From the NCBI RefSeq assembly GCF_009914755.1, contig NC_060939.1: a stretch of 64,000 bases of DNA. One strand, written 5' to 3'. The notes under the pieces were generated by a model. That model ran no database searches and had not been told where the DNA came from. It saw only the letters and a program-made list of their open reading frames with translations. The first letter of the stretch is position 1; each line of letters starts with the position of its first letter. This document shows, one piece after another, positions 1 to 17,020 of this stretch. Both the position numbers and the translations under genes were made by a program. The stretch comes from the human T2T-CHM13v2.0 reference genome, Homo sapiens.

Positions 1-82
1 TAAAGACACTTGTGAATATATTACATGTATAAAACAAAACAATATGAATAAGAAATAATCAGAGAAGAAAAAGTTCTTAGAA

Positions 83-625
83 CTCATGCTCCATCTTGGG
101 AGTTGGTCTCCAATGAGCCATACCTCCTGTCATCATGTCCTCAGACAGGCCCATCCCATAGTCAATCTGGGTTGGCCCCAACACTCACTTTAACCTATAG
201 CATGTGGTAGAAATGACACTGGACCTGTTCCAGGTCTAAGCCTTAAGAACTCCTGGCAGCTCCATTTCTGTGCTTCTGGAAGCCAAAAATAAGAATTGGC
301 TACCTTCTTGGAGAAAGGAAAGCCACATGAAGAGATCCGAGAGGATGAGATGCTATGCAGAGAGAAAGGCCACATCAAGAATTACCAAGGCAGCAGACCT
401 GTGGGTAAAGAAGCCGTCTCAGACATTCCACTGCAGCTGAGCATCCAGATGACCAGTCCCTGACACTGTTTAACCACACAGTGAGAGCTGCCAAATGAGA
501 CCAGCAGAAAAACTGTCCAGCTAGCCCCAGGTAATCCATACAGTCGTGACAGATAGACAGATGTGTAGTTTTAGGCCATTAAGTTTTGGGATAATTGGTT
601 AAGCAACAATAAATAACCAAAACAA
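83..625. mobile_element. MaLR LTR (MLT1-type) remnant inserted in old L1 sequence
   Basis: MLT1-like motifs (cctaagccttaaga..., ttaagttttgggataattggttaagcaacaataaataac end); recalled consensus similarity. Confidence 0.6.
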
Positions 626-1145
626 AACTTAAAGTTATGACAGTCCAAATAAAATTTCCTGAAAGTCGAAAGATAAGAAAATATTCCAGAACTGAAAATT
701 TAAAAAACATTTAGAAATAACGTGAGATATAAGACTCAAGACAAGAGGTCTCAAATCCAATTAACAGACACTTCCAAATGAACAAATAAAATGGAAAAGA
801 GAAAGTTAACAACAAAAATATGACAAGATTCAAGACTCCAACTTTGAAAGAGCCTATCCATAGGCCTGTTCATTTGGTGTACCCAGCATAATGAATGAAA
901 AAAGACCCACACTAAGTACACTGTTGTGCTATTTCAGCTCACCAAGGAAAAGACAAACTCCTAAAAGCTTCCAGGGAGAAAGTCATGCATAAACAAGTGA
1001 AACTCAGGATGGCATGAGGCTTCGCCACCACGACTGGTTAGAAGACAACAGCACAGACTTTGAAATTCTAAGGTAAAATTATCCTCAACCTAGAAATACA
1101 TAATCAAGCAAACTATCAATCAAGTGTGAGGGTAGAATATGAGAG
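626..1145 (+). mobile_element. Degraded L1 (ORF1-region) fragment
   Basis: A-rich strand with L1M ORF1-like phrases (ttgaaattctaagg...caacctagaaat...aaactatcaatcaagtgtgagggtagaat). Confidence 0.5.
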
Positions 1146-1229
1146 ACGTGAATACTGATGGGGATGTGATATGCAGCAGGCACTGTTCTAAATGGTTTAC
1201 ATGTACCAACCCAATTAAGAAACTTAAAA

Positions 1230-1274
1230 TACACACGCGCACACACACACACACACGCACACACACACACACAC
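1230..1274. repeat. (CA)n microsatellite with CG interruptions
   Basis: acacacgcgcacacacacac... read directly. Confidence 0.95.
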
Positions 1275-2202
1275 AGTTTTTCCTGCTAATCATTTTACGA
1301 TGAAACAGCCAAGTAGCTAACCCAGAGCCCACAAAGGCAGAGTAAAAATTCTAACACTTGGTAAAATAAAAATGCACATATACCCTGTGATCTAAAAAAA
1401 AAAATGCTTAAATATTCAAAGACAGACAGCAATTACAGCTACTGAGAACATCACTGTAAGCAAACTGAGGCAGAGAAAACAAAGGTGCTAATGAGGATTT
1501 GAACCACCTAACATGCAGAAACCCACTGGATGCTTTCCTAGGTTCCGAGCTGGCATTGTCTTTCAGAATGATCTAGAAGAGGTCACATGACACTGTTACA
1601 AAGGATCTAGAGAAAGGGACCCTTGCTTTATCACTCCGGCTCTCCAGTCATGCTTCACATTTTCACTTCTTACACTCTTTCACATGAAGTCAATTTACAG
1701 ACCTCCATCATGCCCTTAGAGACCTTTTTGTAATATTCTGACAAGTTCTGGATGTCATCTCTGCACTTTTGACAAATTCTTAGCAGTTAACGTACAAGGC
1801 AGTTAACATTTTTGTTCACGGTATAGCTAGAAAAGGGTCATATACTCAATAAAACAAATATTTACCAAGCATTCATTGAGTGGAAGATAAAACGCACAAA
1901 GCATAATTATAAAATATTCTCCCCTGCCATGATACAACAAAATTTTTAAAGGCTTACAGAATATAGCATAACATGACCAAAGCAAAAATAGTAAGGACTA
2001 AAGAGGGGAGGAAGGGAAAATATCAGCATGAACTGAATATGACCCAGAAGAGTCTTGATGGTCAGACATCTAAAGATGTATTGGGCAGGGTTAAGGGGTG
2101 GAAGTCAGGGGCACAGGTCAGGGGCACATTCTACAAGGGAAAAACAGCTGATACAGAAGCCTGAAAGGTAAAGTGGGCAGAGCACCTGTACAGGACTCTT
2201 AC

Positions 2203-2402
2203 CTGCCACAGCGAGGGCACAATGCGCCTTTCCAGAACACAGCAGCGCGCAGCCAGGCCTGGGGCAGAGGGATCACTCAAACAGCACCAGAGGCTGCATT
2301 CCTACTTTTCTTCCGTCAACAAGTCCATTTTCGTTGTTAGTTTCTCCTTCAACACAAACTTAAAAACAAATGGCTGAACACGCAGGAACAAGGAAAACCT
2401 GA
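2203..2402 (-). other. Candidate non-coding exon
   Basis: Minus strand: tttaac...ctcattcttcag acceptor and GGCAG|gtaaga donor. Confidence 0.4.
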
Positions 2403-2436
2403 CTGAAGAATGAGACGTTAAAACTTAAGGGCCTTG

Positions 2437-2740
2437 GGTCCTGGCACGGTGGCTCACGCCTGGAATCCCAGCACTTTGGGAGGCAGAGGTGGGTCATTTG
2501 AGGTCAGGAGTTCAAGACCAGCCTGGCCAACACGGTGAAACCCCGTCTCTACTAAAAACACAAAAGCTAGCCAGGCGTGGTGGCCGGCGCCTGTAATTTC
2601 AGCTACTCGGGAGGCTGAGGCAGGAGAATCACTTTAACCAGTGGACTGTCAAGAGAGGTAGGCTGCAGTGAACCGAGATAGCGCCACTGCACTCCAGCCT
2701 GGGCTACACAGTGAGACTCTGTCTCAAAAAAAAAAAAAAA
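2437..2740 (+). mobile_element. Alu (AluS-type)
   Basis: Full dimer with poly-A tail. Confidence 0.95.
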
Positions 2741-3505
2741 GAAGTCATGGTCATGGTAAAAAACCTATGGCTTTGGAAGGCTTTCTCGGTAACGTCCTAG
2801 AATTAAGGTTAAGCCTGCGTTTCCTGTTAACTGAACAGGAAACCAGCCTGACCAACATCCTTCTGCCCGGTGGCTTGCTCTCAGCTCCTCTTCGTTGGGC
2901 CTTGGGCAGCCAGACTGTCTAGTTTTAATCCTTGCTCTGCCACCTGTGACCTTGGACAAGTTACCTACCTTCAGTTACCTCATCTACAAAATGCAGATAT
3001 TAATAATACCCTCTTTTTAATTTATCCAGAGGATTAAAAGAGTTAATAAAAAGTAAAAAATAAAAAGACTTGGTAAGCATAGGCAGAGAGGAAAAAAAAG
3101 TAAAAATAAATAATTAAATAAAAAGACCAGTGCCTAGCACATAAAAGTTCATCAGGAATTAATTCTATAATATGAACTCAATTTTGCAAAACTTCAAAGT
3201 ACGTACAACTTTTAACTTACTAGGGTATACATACCAGTAATAAATTCACAACGGTAGACATGTTTGCCTACTGTAAATATAACAAAGACTAAACAAGCAG
3301 ATACTAAATCATTAAGCAATTATCAGTATCTTTAATTTTCTTATACTTCTATATTTTCTATAGATCATCTTTGTAACAAGAAGAAAACCAACCAAATGAA
3401 AATGAAATGAATTCTCTCAAAAAGAATTAAGTCAAGACAGGAAGAAGGCTCGCAAAGTAATATAAAATATATCTTATGGTTTATGTAAAATTCTTAATAA
3501 AATAC

Positions 3506-3601
3506 CTTCTTTGCTCCTAGCTGCACTCTGGCTTTGCCTTTGAGTCAGGTGGCATTTCTTTGCACGATGACTGGTTTTATTGAGTAGGCACTGCTTCAGC
3601 C
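3506..3601 (-). other. Candidate non-coding exon (96 nt)
   Basis: Minus strand: gttttgttcttcctgtag acceptor and AAG|gtattt donor. Confidence 0.45.
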
Positions 3602-4489
3602 CTACAGGAAGAACAAAACCTCTCTGGAACACAGCAGCATTCCTGACTCCCACTTGAGGAGGCCTAACAAAACGGCATATGCCTCAACAGCAGCAGATCA
3701 GTGTTAAAAAGTCTGGAGTCAAGGGGAAAAAGTAAAATTGGACCATTTCCAAAATCTCACAAAAAGCAACAAACTGACGTTCTAAGTGCCCAACATGAGC
3801 AAATTAGAACCTTAAATAAAGGTCACTCTTAATGCCTATCCCAGCATAGATGCAGCACCAAGTACAGTGTCATTTTACTGGTTTACCTTTTTCATTCTTG
3901 AAAGTAGGAGCTATGAAAAAAAAACACTAAAATTTCCCTAAGAGAACCTTCTACTTTCTGTCTAACTTACATAATCAAAACACTCTATTGAGGGTGAAAA
4001 TTGAATATTATAAGAAAATAATCACGTGTTTTGCGAGAAGTTGCAAATATAATGCTCCTCCACCCAATACCTACCTTAAAAAGAAAAAAGGAAACATACA
4101 AAATTATCTCGAGAATTATTCCTGCTTAAACAATGTCTACGTGCCATTACTAAGAAAGTATGCACACAGTAAAGATGAGAAGAGAACATGCAAGCGTGAA
4201 CATACTTGTTAGGGATATAGGACTATGGGTAATTTAAACATTTTAATGGTATTACTCTCATGTAATTGCTCTGAAATTCTAGTCAGTTGTTTGAAATGGC
4301 TCTTAGAACAGAATACTTTGACATTTTTATGATGTCAAAAACTAAGAACTTAGCCCTAAATATTCCAAAGAATAGGTGCAGAAGAACCCGTTTCCTTAAA
4401 CGGCATTTGAGTATTCTTCACAACTCAAACTTTCTCTCCCATCCTGTGATGGCCAAGAGTTTTTCCTCTGACGACGGCACTGACCTTAC

Positions 4490-4781
4490 CCTATCCAAAA
4501 TATGAACATCTGCATGGTTTCCTGGTTCAAATTGTTTTTATCCATTCTGTCGTGAGAATCAAATGGTTCAGACCATGCAGCACCTCTCTGGGACTTCTCA
4601 AGTCCTTTCTAGATCTGAACACTATTCTCTGAACCAAAGACAACTTCTGGGGGTGTACCAAATCTCCCATTAGAAAATTATTAAGATCAAGATGTTTTAA
4701 CCTTTTAACTCTTTCTCAAACAAAATAAATTCGTTTCTCCTTTACTGTTATTTTAAATTTCAAAATACACAGATAGTATGT
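4490..4781 (-). other. Candidate non-coding exon (292 nt)
   Basis: Minus strand: tctcttgattttattttag acceptor and AGG|gtaagg donor. Confidence 0.45.
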
Positions 4782-6149
4782 CTAAAATAAAATCAAGAGA
4801 ATGACAGTTTTAGAACACAAACTGTGGTAATTTTGAAAACACAAAAGCTAAGACCACTAATTAGGTCTATGTGGACACCAAGTCCACCACAACCTGTTCT
4901 GTCCTCCGGGGCTCTGCCCACGCCTTTCCCTTGCCTGAGATTCCTTCTGCTTCCTACCCTTCCAAATGCTGTATTTCCCCCTGGAAGACTTGCCAAGACC
5001 ACTCTAACCTGCACATCTCCCATTCCAGCTAACCAAAGGCATCCTTGGGTTGACTAAACCAAGTTATTTTGCAGACAAGGCATCTAAACACTTCCACTGT
5101 AGACTATTCACCTTAATAATTGTTATTGTGACATTATTCAATAATAAAATGAGGGAAAGAAGTCCTCTTCAATCCCTTATCCTGGAGAACCCAAGCAAGT
5201 GTCTTTCCCACTTGCTTTGCCCAAACCCTGGGACCTTTCTAAGTAAAAGTTTAATGGAAGGGAAAGAAAATCTAAAAGAAAAACTCTCCAAGAAATTAAA
5301 CTCGGGCAAAGATTCATGGGATTAAAAATTTTTATTCTTTGTGTATTTGATTTCCGAAACATAGAAATCTCTCTCCCACTCCTTAAACCTGCCACTGGGC
5401 TAAGAGAGTATTGTACAGAATATGCACTCACTGACTTAACAGAATTAGAACATCCAGGCACTCACTGAGATTTTGCTTCCACAACCGCTCAAAGTCTAGT
5501 CATTAGTTCATGAGTTAACACCACACTTGACCTTCAAGTTTTGGAAATGCTGACGGTAGACAGGGACTTGTTTTGGGAAAGGAAGTACACAGTAGACATT
5601 GTTACCCATGACCCAACCACCACCACCTTTCCTTTAAAGAACCCCACTCTTCCTTTAAGGTTGCAGAGTCTCAGAAAGTGGGAAGAAAGGAAGTTTTTGC
5701 ATTTTCAGGTCAAAACGAAGTACATTTGTGCAACCACATAATGCCCATGCAAAGGTTTCTTGAAATCTAAACACAAGACAGAAGTAGTTCTAGCACCTCC
5801 ACAAAAAGTAAGGTAAGTAAACTTTTCCTTAATATACACTTTCAGCAGCATCAACACCTAAAAGTGGTTGACTTTACTACTGTACTAAATTAAATTACAT
5901 TCATTTTGTCAATAGGTGTTCCAAATTCGTACTGATCTTTGTCTCCAAGGGGTTCCTGCTGAATATTGAGACAGTTGAAGATTACTAGGGGAAAAAATTC
6001 TTAATAATCGAAGTAAGGATCATCTAAGGATAATATGCCACATATACAGACACAGTCACATTTTCAGCTTTACAAAAGTTCAGTTATCAAAGTTGTACAG
6101 CAAACACTATCCTAAGCTTAGCGTCTTCAGGCATTTGATTTATAATCAC

Positions 6150-6455
6150 TGTAAAGAAAAATCAGTCACAAAATGCCACTGTTGTATGATTCTATTTATA
6201 TGAAATGCCCAGGATAGGCAAATCTACAGAGATAGAAGTTAGATCAGAGGTTGCCAGGATCAATGGTGGGGGAGAGAGCTACAGGGAGTGACTGCTAGTG
6301 GGTACGGGGTTCTTTTTGGGGAGATGAAAATGTTCTGAAATTAGGGAGTGGTAATGGCTGCATAACTCTGAATATACTAAAAACCACTGAACTGTACACT
6401 TGAAGGGTGAGGCTTATCATACAAAAACTGTATCACAATAAAGCTCTTAGTTTAA
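6150..6455 (+). mobile_element. L1M 3' end fragment
   Basis: Typical L1MB/ME 3' phrases (tgtatgattctatttatatgaaat...aaaaccactgaactgtacact...caataaagct). Confidence 0.75.
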
Positions 6456-6939
6456 AAAATGTTTGTCTATGTCAAGAAACAAAGAAATAGGGTCATAGCT
6501 AGAAGATATGGGATATAAAATACTGGAACAAAACTGCTTAATAATATATCTAGAATCACACAATGCTTAGTCTTTACGCTGACTAAAATCACGAGATTTG
6601 TGTTTTATCGGTATTTCACATTTTTTACTTCTTCTAAGTCAGCCAGTAATTCCTCCTTCTCACTTAATCGTTGACTACAAAGACCAAGCCATTTTGACTC
6701 TGCCACCGATGAGCTTTCACATTTCTTTCCTCCTTCCATTCCCATGACTACCAAACCAGTGCAGGTTCTCCTCACTTCACTCTAAGACAACAGCGTGGCC
6801 CTCAAATACTGTCACACTCTTCAAGGCTCTGTGAGCACAATCTGTCTCATATTCTCTTCTGCTGTCACCAGATTTATTCTAAGACCGTTTCTTCACTGTT
6901 ACTCCCCTGTTTCTCAACCAGTTACACAGAAAGACGAAT

Positions 6940-7130
6940 ATCCAGGCATGGTGTCATGTGCCTGTAGTCCCAGCTACTCAGGAGGCTGAGGCGGCAGGAT
7001 CGCTTGAGAATGTGAGATTCAGACTGCAGTGAGCCATGATCATGCCACCGCACTCCAGCCTGGGCAACAGAGTGAGATTGTCTCAATAAATAAATAAGTA
7101 AATAAATAAATAAATAAATGAATAAATAAA
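6940..7130 (+). mobile_element. Alu right arm (FRAM/AluJ) with (TAAA)n tail
   Basis: Right-monomer sequence followed by taaa repeats. Confidence 0.9.
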
Positions 7131-7515
7131 TGTGGTCTATCCATGCAACGGAATACTATAAAATTATCAGCCTTAAAAAAGAAAGAAGCCCTGTCACATG
7201 CTGCAATATAGATGAACCTTGAAAACATTACACTAATTGAAATCAGCCCATCACACAAAGACAAATGCTGTACAATTTCTCTTACATTAGGTTCGAAATT
7301 AGTCAAACTCATAGAAACAGAAAATAGAGCGGTTGTTTCCATAAGCCAGGGGATAGAGAAATGGGGAGTTGTTGTATAGTGGCTATAGTTTCAGTTCTCC
7401 AAGAGAAGCAAGTTCTAGAAACTCGTTACTCAACATGTATATTTTTAACACTACTGCACTGTATACTTACAAGTGGCTAATATGGTAAATTTTATGTTGT
7501 GCCTTATCACCATAA
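7131..7515 (+). mobile_element. L1MB-type 3' fragment
   Basis: aaatgtggtctatccatgcaacggaatact...gatgaaccttgaaaacatt...ggtaaattttatgtt. Confidence 0.8.
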
Positions 7516-8068
7516 TGTTTTTAAAAGAAGGGGTTTGTGTTTCCCTTCGTTGTGATCACCCATTTTTCACTTCAGCATTTTGAACTTGAGATTTCCTGTA
7601 GCGGTTTTACTGAGCCCTGCAGTTACCGGCTCAGAATGTCTCCACCGCCTTGTAACCTTGTAGGCAGACACTTTTCAGCATCTTATTGGGCTCCGTGTGC
7701 TTGATGCTTAAAGTGACATGGAGACATGCCACTTGCTGAGAAGCAAAGAAAGGCAAAAGGTGACTGCTTTCCTGGCATCGATGAAGGCAGAGAGAAGGGA
7801 TCTTGGAGGCACAGATATTAAGCCATAAGCAATAACATGGGTTGCCAAAAAGAGAACTAACCCCTCTCCTGGTAACATTTCCAGGTGTTTTTCACAGGGC
7901 CAGTGGATTTCACAATGTGAGTGCTGTCCAGCACCAAAGGGAATGGCCAACAGGCATGGAGCAGCCTACAGCGTCCAGCACCCAGTAGGATGGCCAGGAG
8001 GCACGGAGCAGCCTGCCTGTCCCAGGAAAGCAGGAGTCACAGGACACAACTGGACCCAGGTAGGCATG

Positions 8069-8498
8069 TATGTTACTTTCCTGTGGCTGTTAGAGCAAAT
8101 TACCAAAAATGTGGTGACTTAAAACAACAGAAATTTATTTTCTCACAGTTTTGGATATCAGAAGTCCAAAATCAGTATCACTGGGCTGAAATCTAGGTCT
8201 CAGCAGAGCCAGTGCTCTCAGAGGCTGAGGGGAAAATCCATCCTTTGACTTGCGCAGCTTCTGATGGCTGCTGGCATTCATTGGCTTGCAGCTCCACCAC
8301 TCCAGGCTCTGCCTTCTTGGTCACAGGGCCTCCTTCTCTTCTGTCTGAAGTTAAATCTCCTTTATCTCCCTCTTATAAGGATATATGTGCCAGGATTTAA
8401 TGCCCACGGAGACAATCCAGGATAATCTCTCCTCAAGATCCTTAACTTAATCATACCTGAAAATATGCTTTTTCCAAATGAGGTAACATCTACAGGTT

Positions 8499-8500
<2 letters not shown>
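8069..8500. mobile_element. MaLR LTR (MLT1B/C-like), truncated at the Alu array
   Basis: tgtatgttactttcctgtggctg...ttaaaacaacagaaatttatt...aggtaacatctacaggttct. Confidence 0.75.
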
Positions 8501-9953
<1,453 letters not shown>

Positions 9954-12629
9954 ATGTAAATAAAATTGCTAACTCAAGGAACAGCTTGACAGTATATTAT
10001 TGCGACAAATAGAGGCAAAGGTTAGCAGACACCAGTGTTCACTTAGTGGGACCTGCGGGTGTTCCCCCCATAGGAGGCTGCTACTTTCCCACAAGAAATC
10101 CATTACTGACTACCGATAAAAGAACACATCGTTGGTTTCTTACAATATACAAATAGCTAAACTTTATATAGCCACGACCCTCTTCTAGCACTGCTCTAAG
10201 CCTTTTCCTGCTCTGAAATAGCTACTATTGTTACCTCCATTGTAGAGAAAACAGGTGCCGGAGGCTGTTGTGGAAGGCCCAGGGAAACTGACTATGAAAT
10301 TGACTTGTTGTAAGTTTCAGACTTAAAAGTTCTTCCTGCTCTGCGCCTTACATTGTTACATTTTAGTTAAGGTACCTCTTACAATACTGGTCCTTTCTGT
10401 ATTTGGAGGGACTTCTCTTGCAAATTGAAGTTTTTTCTTGCGCTAAGCATTTGGTCATGAGATTATCTGCGTTTTACATCAGTTTAAATACCTCTTTAGA
10501 CATTGTTCAGTTAGGAATGTAAATAGGAGCTAACATTGTGTGTAAAAGGAAAGAACATCTGATTACAACCACTTTTGTTTCATAATACAAATATAAATCA
10601 ATATGTTATTGGAAATGCAGGCTGGGAGGGGAGGGAAAATATGCATAGAGAAAAGCCCCATCTCTGCTTGGAGTTCAGCACTGGGTCTCTTTTTCCTTTC
10701 CACCTTCCTTGTCAAGGCTGCCACAGTGACAAGCACACAGGGGTGCCTTTAGTGACACCTGCTGCGACAGACCTGGCAGAACGGATTGCAGATTTGCATG
10801 TTTCCTGGCTGCCTCTGCTAGCCTGAGTCAGCAGCCCACTCCAATTCATGCTGAGCTTAGACAGCTCAGGTTTGCAAAATTATCCCTTCCCTTGGAGCAA
10901 CCGCTTTCCAGTCTCTTCATCATTCCTAAAGGAGAATGACATACATGCCAGCATGACAGAGGTCCAGAAATTTATAGAAGCTTCATTGTGAGCCTATATC
11001 CTTAACAGGGGTTCAAACTACCAACACCGAATGAAGAGAGAGGTTTTGCAGTAAAGCAGGAAGTCATTAAAATAATGAATCACCCAGCTAGGTTTTGAGC
11101 TCCTTTCCCACCAATTTAATGGAAAGTTTTATTGTCTTTACAATGTACACTTTCATAAATTTTGCATAAATTTATTATTCACATCTTAACATAGGTAACT
11201 CCTTAGTGTTTGATCACTGAGCAAATTATATGCAGCAAAACAATCCTATATTTTGGTGAACTCATAGCTTAGAAAATACTAAAGACTCATTGTAAACTGA
11301 GGGCAGCATTAAGCAAATTATATTTACCTTTGTGACTGCAAAACTTAATGATTCAATGCTTTTCCCATGAAATTTATCTTCCAATACTGATAGTTTTTTA
11401 AACAAAAAATATGAATTAAATATCAATTAAAATTTTATCATTGTTTTCAGAAACTGTGACTTCACTAGTTATGAACAGACTTGAAATGTATAGTTTTTAA
11501 GTTTGGAAATTCTTTGTAGTCTCATTTACTTTTCCAGGAAGGAAGTGAGATATTTTTTGCCACTGTTGCCTGGTTTTTGTTTGTTTTTTGATCATAAACA
11601 AAACTTAATGGAGCCTCAAATCTACTAACTCGGTCCTCCTCTGGCAATATGCCTTTTTCTGATTTCTAGATATCACTTGATATTTTTTAACACACTAATT
11701 TTATTATTTAAAAATTTATAAAAGTACTCAGAAGTAAGAGGCAAATTAAATTTGAAACCTTAGTGGTAATACCATCATCCAAAGTCATCATCAATAATAT
11801 TTTGGCATATTTTATTTTAAAATACATTTCAGCACAGTTTAGTTATATTTGTTATATCTGTATCAATAAACTGTTTTCATATGTCATTACTTTTATGGAT
11901 ATAATTTTTGACGTGCGACTAATATGAAATCTTATATACTTGCTATAGTTGACCTTGTGAGACATTTAGATTTTCAACTGTTTAGTACTTTAATAACCAG
12001 TTTTTATTCTAATATCATTATTAGAATAATAATATTACTATAGTATTATTATTATTGTAGCAATAACTTGTTTTTAGAATAAATATCCTATTTCTCATTT
12101 AACTTGATCGGATCCATGCATGGACAATTATGTTGGGAACATAGAATGTAACTGGCCCTGTTTCAACCCCTTAGATGTGGCCCTCAGTTCAGGGAAGGGA
12201 GGAGTTCTCTACTGGGCTGATAAAGCAGAATTCAGAAACATTGTTTTCTTCTCTACCTGGTGTCTTACAAAACCAGAAGATGTGAGTGTGACTCGTAAAG
12301 GCAAGAGCATGTATATTATGCAAAAGCAGCCTGAAATATTTTATTCACAGACAGACAGACAATGCTTGACTCCCTGCTAATCTGAAATACTTCGTGGGGA
12401 GGGCCAGGGAAATCAAAACAAAATTTCAGAAGTAGAATGAGCTATTTGGTGTATGTCTCCAAGGCCAATAAATAACAAGAAGGAAAAATAAATTTCTTTG
12501 CTAACAACAAGAAGGAGAAATAAACTTTTTTGCTCTAAAATATTTTCCAATTATCTCCACGACACTGGAGGGAAGGACTAACAAAAAAAAAGAAAGAAAG
12601 AAAGAAAAAAAAAAAGAAAAGAAAAAAAA

Positions 12630-12928
<299 letters not shown>

Positions 12929-13617
12929 TCACAGAGGAGCAGAGAAAAACCTTCTCAAAGACAGAAGTCATTGATTTATTTCCATCCCGGCACAAGCCCC
13001 TTAATTCTGTAACTTGTCCAGAATGGTTTCCTGTCACTGTAGATTCTGCATCAGAACATCCTCTTATGCAAAGCTAAAAAACTCCAAACCACCTCTGTTA
13101 ACTGTGCGGTGCTCCATGGTTTCACACAGTCCAGAGCTGCTTGTGTTTATCAAAAATGAAGCTGAAAACAAAATTCTTCCTTCACACAACCACTACATTC
13201 CATTGCACATTTACCAAAGACATTTACCACATTGGCATTATTTGTGCATCCATCAAGAAGTGCTGAAAAGCATTCCCCTCACACACTGCATGTGTCCTGT
13301 GAGTGGATCTTCCATTTTACTTGCCAGTTCTGGAAAACTTTGAATTTGTGTGTCGATGGAAAATTAAAGTTTAGTGGCATCTTTGCCCCACATTCACCCA
13401 ACTTTTCTAAGGAACTATTTCAATGCTACTTTTCACTAGTGTCACTTTTCAGTCTTAGCCTCCTGGAGTACAACTTTATTAGAAGCCCGCAAAGCACTAG
13501 TGTTAAAATGAGAAATAGTAAACATCTGATTCTGTTGTGTTTTAACTCCATGCTTTTCTCTAATGTTTCATTGTTTTGAATTTAATTCTTTGTGCTTCCC
13601 ACGTGAATGCAACTTAC

Positions 13618-13701
13618 AGTTTGAATGTCTTCTTTCTTCACTAGCCGATGCATCTGTGCCAGTAACACATGGTGATTCTGTCCTTTCACCTTCAGTTATG
13701 C
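13618..13701 (-). other. Candidate 84-nt symmetric exon of unidentified origin
   Basis: tttggttttacag acceptor, ACT|gtaagt donor, open in phase 1 (xITEGERTESPCVTGTDASASEERRHSN). Confidence 0.5.
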
Positions 13702-13721
13702 CTGTAAAACCAAATTCAAGA

Positions 13722-14352
<631 letters not shown>

Positions 14353-15660
14353 TCCATTAGAAATAGTACTTCTGAGTAAAACGAGGACAAACTCCTTTGG
14401 TCTTCATGTCCTCAGAATCACTTTCATAATCATCTCTTGGTTTACAAGGTGCATCTTTTATTGGTTAAAAAAATTAATACAATTTATTTCACTCTCAAAT
14501 TAGGTTTAATAATAAATAACACAACTTTCTTTTGTTTTCACTAATAATGCTAACATTGGCTTGATTTAAAATTAAAATTATTGCAAAAATAAGACTTTAT
14601 AGAATAGATGTTCCCATTTTTCAGATGTGTGAGATTATACTATAGTTGACAAACTAACCTTAAAGAACACAGCTTGCAATGTGGTCCTTGTGTATGTGAC
14701 TCGTTTGCAGCTCACAGCCTCTGCATCTTTCCATCGAGTCTGACAAAACCTGAGTTGGTCTGTAACTGCTCATTGAGACAAGTCCCCTGATGTCACATAC
14801 AGATGCTGGGAGAATGTCAAGTTTCTATAGAAATTTCTAAACATTTACCCTGAATTTCTATGTTTCTGTCATTACATAGAGATGACAGAGTGTTGACAGA
14901 CTTTGAGTGGTCTTTAGTAACCAATTGTTGAAAGTCTGGTTTAGCTAAACTAGTTTGTAAGTACCTTGGCAGGTGCCTTTGCTGTAGGAATTCTCAGAGT
15001 CTCTATAAACTAATGAGCATTGGAAATCTGCAGGGGGGAAACAGAGTATGCAGTATCCCCCATGATGATTCAACCCCAGATTTTATTTTTCACTGAGCAT
15101 CTCACACTTAGTAGTGTATCTTTTCTATGCATTGGGCACTGGGAGACGACGTGTAGTCATCTCAACAGAGACCTGGCCTTCAGACGCCACCACTCACTGC
15201 CGCTCTGTCCAGGCGAGCATCAACTTGCACTGTTTCAGAAGCAAAAGGAAAATGAACCGCAGCCACTGAAGTCCCTCAGAACTGAGGAAAAGTTATTGAC
15301 TTTCCTGATTTGTGTTCAATCTGGCTGGCCATGGGTACAGACACAGCTGGTTTCCCCATTTGTGAGCTGGACGGATTTAATTCCTGGCTGTTTGAATGAT
15401 GTATCCCCTCATCAGTGAAACCAACAGAGTAGCTCAACTTAATTTTCTCTTTCTATGGCATGCCATTTATACCCATTCAATTATGCCTGTGTCAATTAAG
15501 TCAAACATTCTTACTGTCTCTATTTCTAATAAAAAGTGGTAAACACTCGAAAACCCCTTTCATAAATAGGCATGTATAAAAGCAATGTTCTTAATAAAAA
15601 TGTTGGACTTAATAAAAGTATTTTAAAAAACAGTAGGAACCATAGTATAATAAAGGCCTT

Positions 15661-15940
15661 GGCCGGGCGTGGTGGCTCACACCTGTAATCCTAGCACGTT
15701 GGGAGGCTGAGGCGGGCAGATCACGAGATCAGGAGATGGAGACCATCCTGGCTAACACGGTGAAACCCCATCTCTACTAAAAACACAAAAAATTAGCTGG
15801 GCGTGGTGGCAGGTGCCTGTGGTCCCAGCTACTCGGGAGGCTGAGGCAGGACAATGCTGTGAACCCAGGAGGGGGAGTTTGCAGTGAACAGAGATTGTAC
15901 CACTGAACTTCAGCCTGGGCGACAGAACGAGACTCCGTCT

Positions 15941-15972
<32 letters not shown>
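15661..15972 (+). mobile_element. AluY-like element
   Basis: AluY diagnostic phrases, long poly-A, TSD taaaggcct. Confidence 0.95.

Positions 15973-16020
<48 letters not shown>
15973..16020. repeat. (TA)n microsatellite in the Alu tail
   Basis: ~24 perfect TA units. Confidence 0.95.
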
Positions 16021-16024
<4 letters not shown>

Positions 16025-16510
16025 GCCTCATTTTGCAGGTGAGGCCACTGAAGATTATAGGAGAAAGAAGGGCTTCATGCAAAACCACGTTCCTGATTGT
16101 TGGCAGAACCAAGCCGACAACCTGGAACTCAAGTTTCTCTACTTATAGTAGACGCTCAAAGAATTATAATACTTTATAACAACGTCATAATGATTTGACG
16201 TTTCTAAGCTGGTCATGTTTTCTTTCATGTGTACTTCTCCCCTCTCAACAATTACCGTGCCCTTGGCAATTTAATAAAGCAGGATAATATTCAACTCAGT
16301 GACCTACAGCTTGACAAGCATCTCCTGCTCCCAGAAAACAGAAGGTGTTGCTGTCAAACTAATACTAAATAATAATTTTCTGTAGTCCTGGAGCCTCTGG
16401 ACTTCCCAATTACACGGCCAATAAACCCCCTCATTGTCTGAGCCAGTCTGAGCTGGGCAGCCTGACTGAAGTCTGGAACATCCTAACTGGCACAAAGGCC
16501 CTTAAGATGA

Positions 16511-17020
<510 letters not shown>

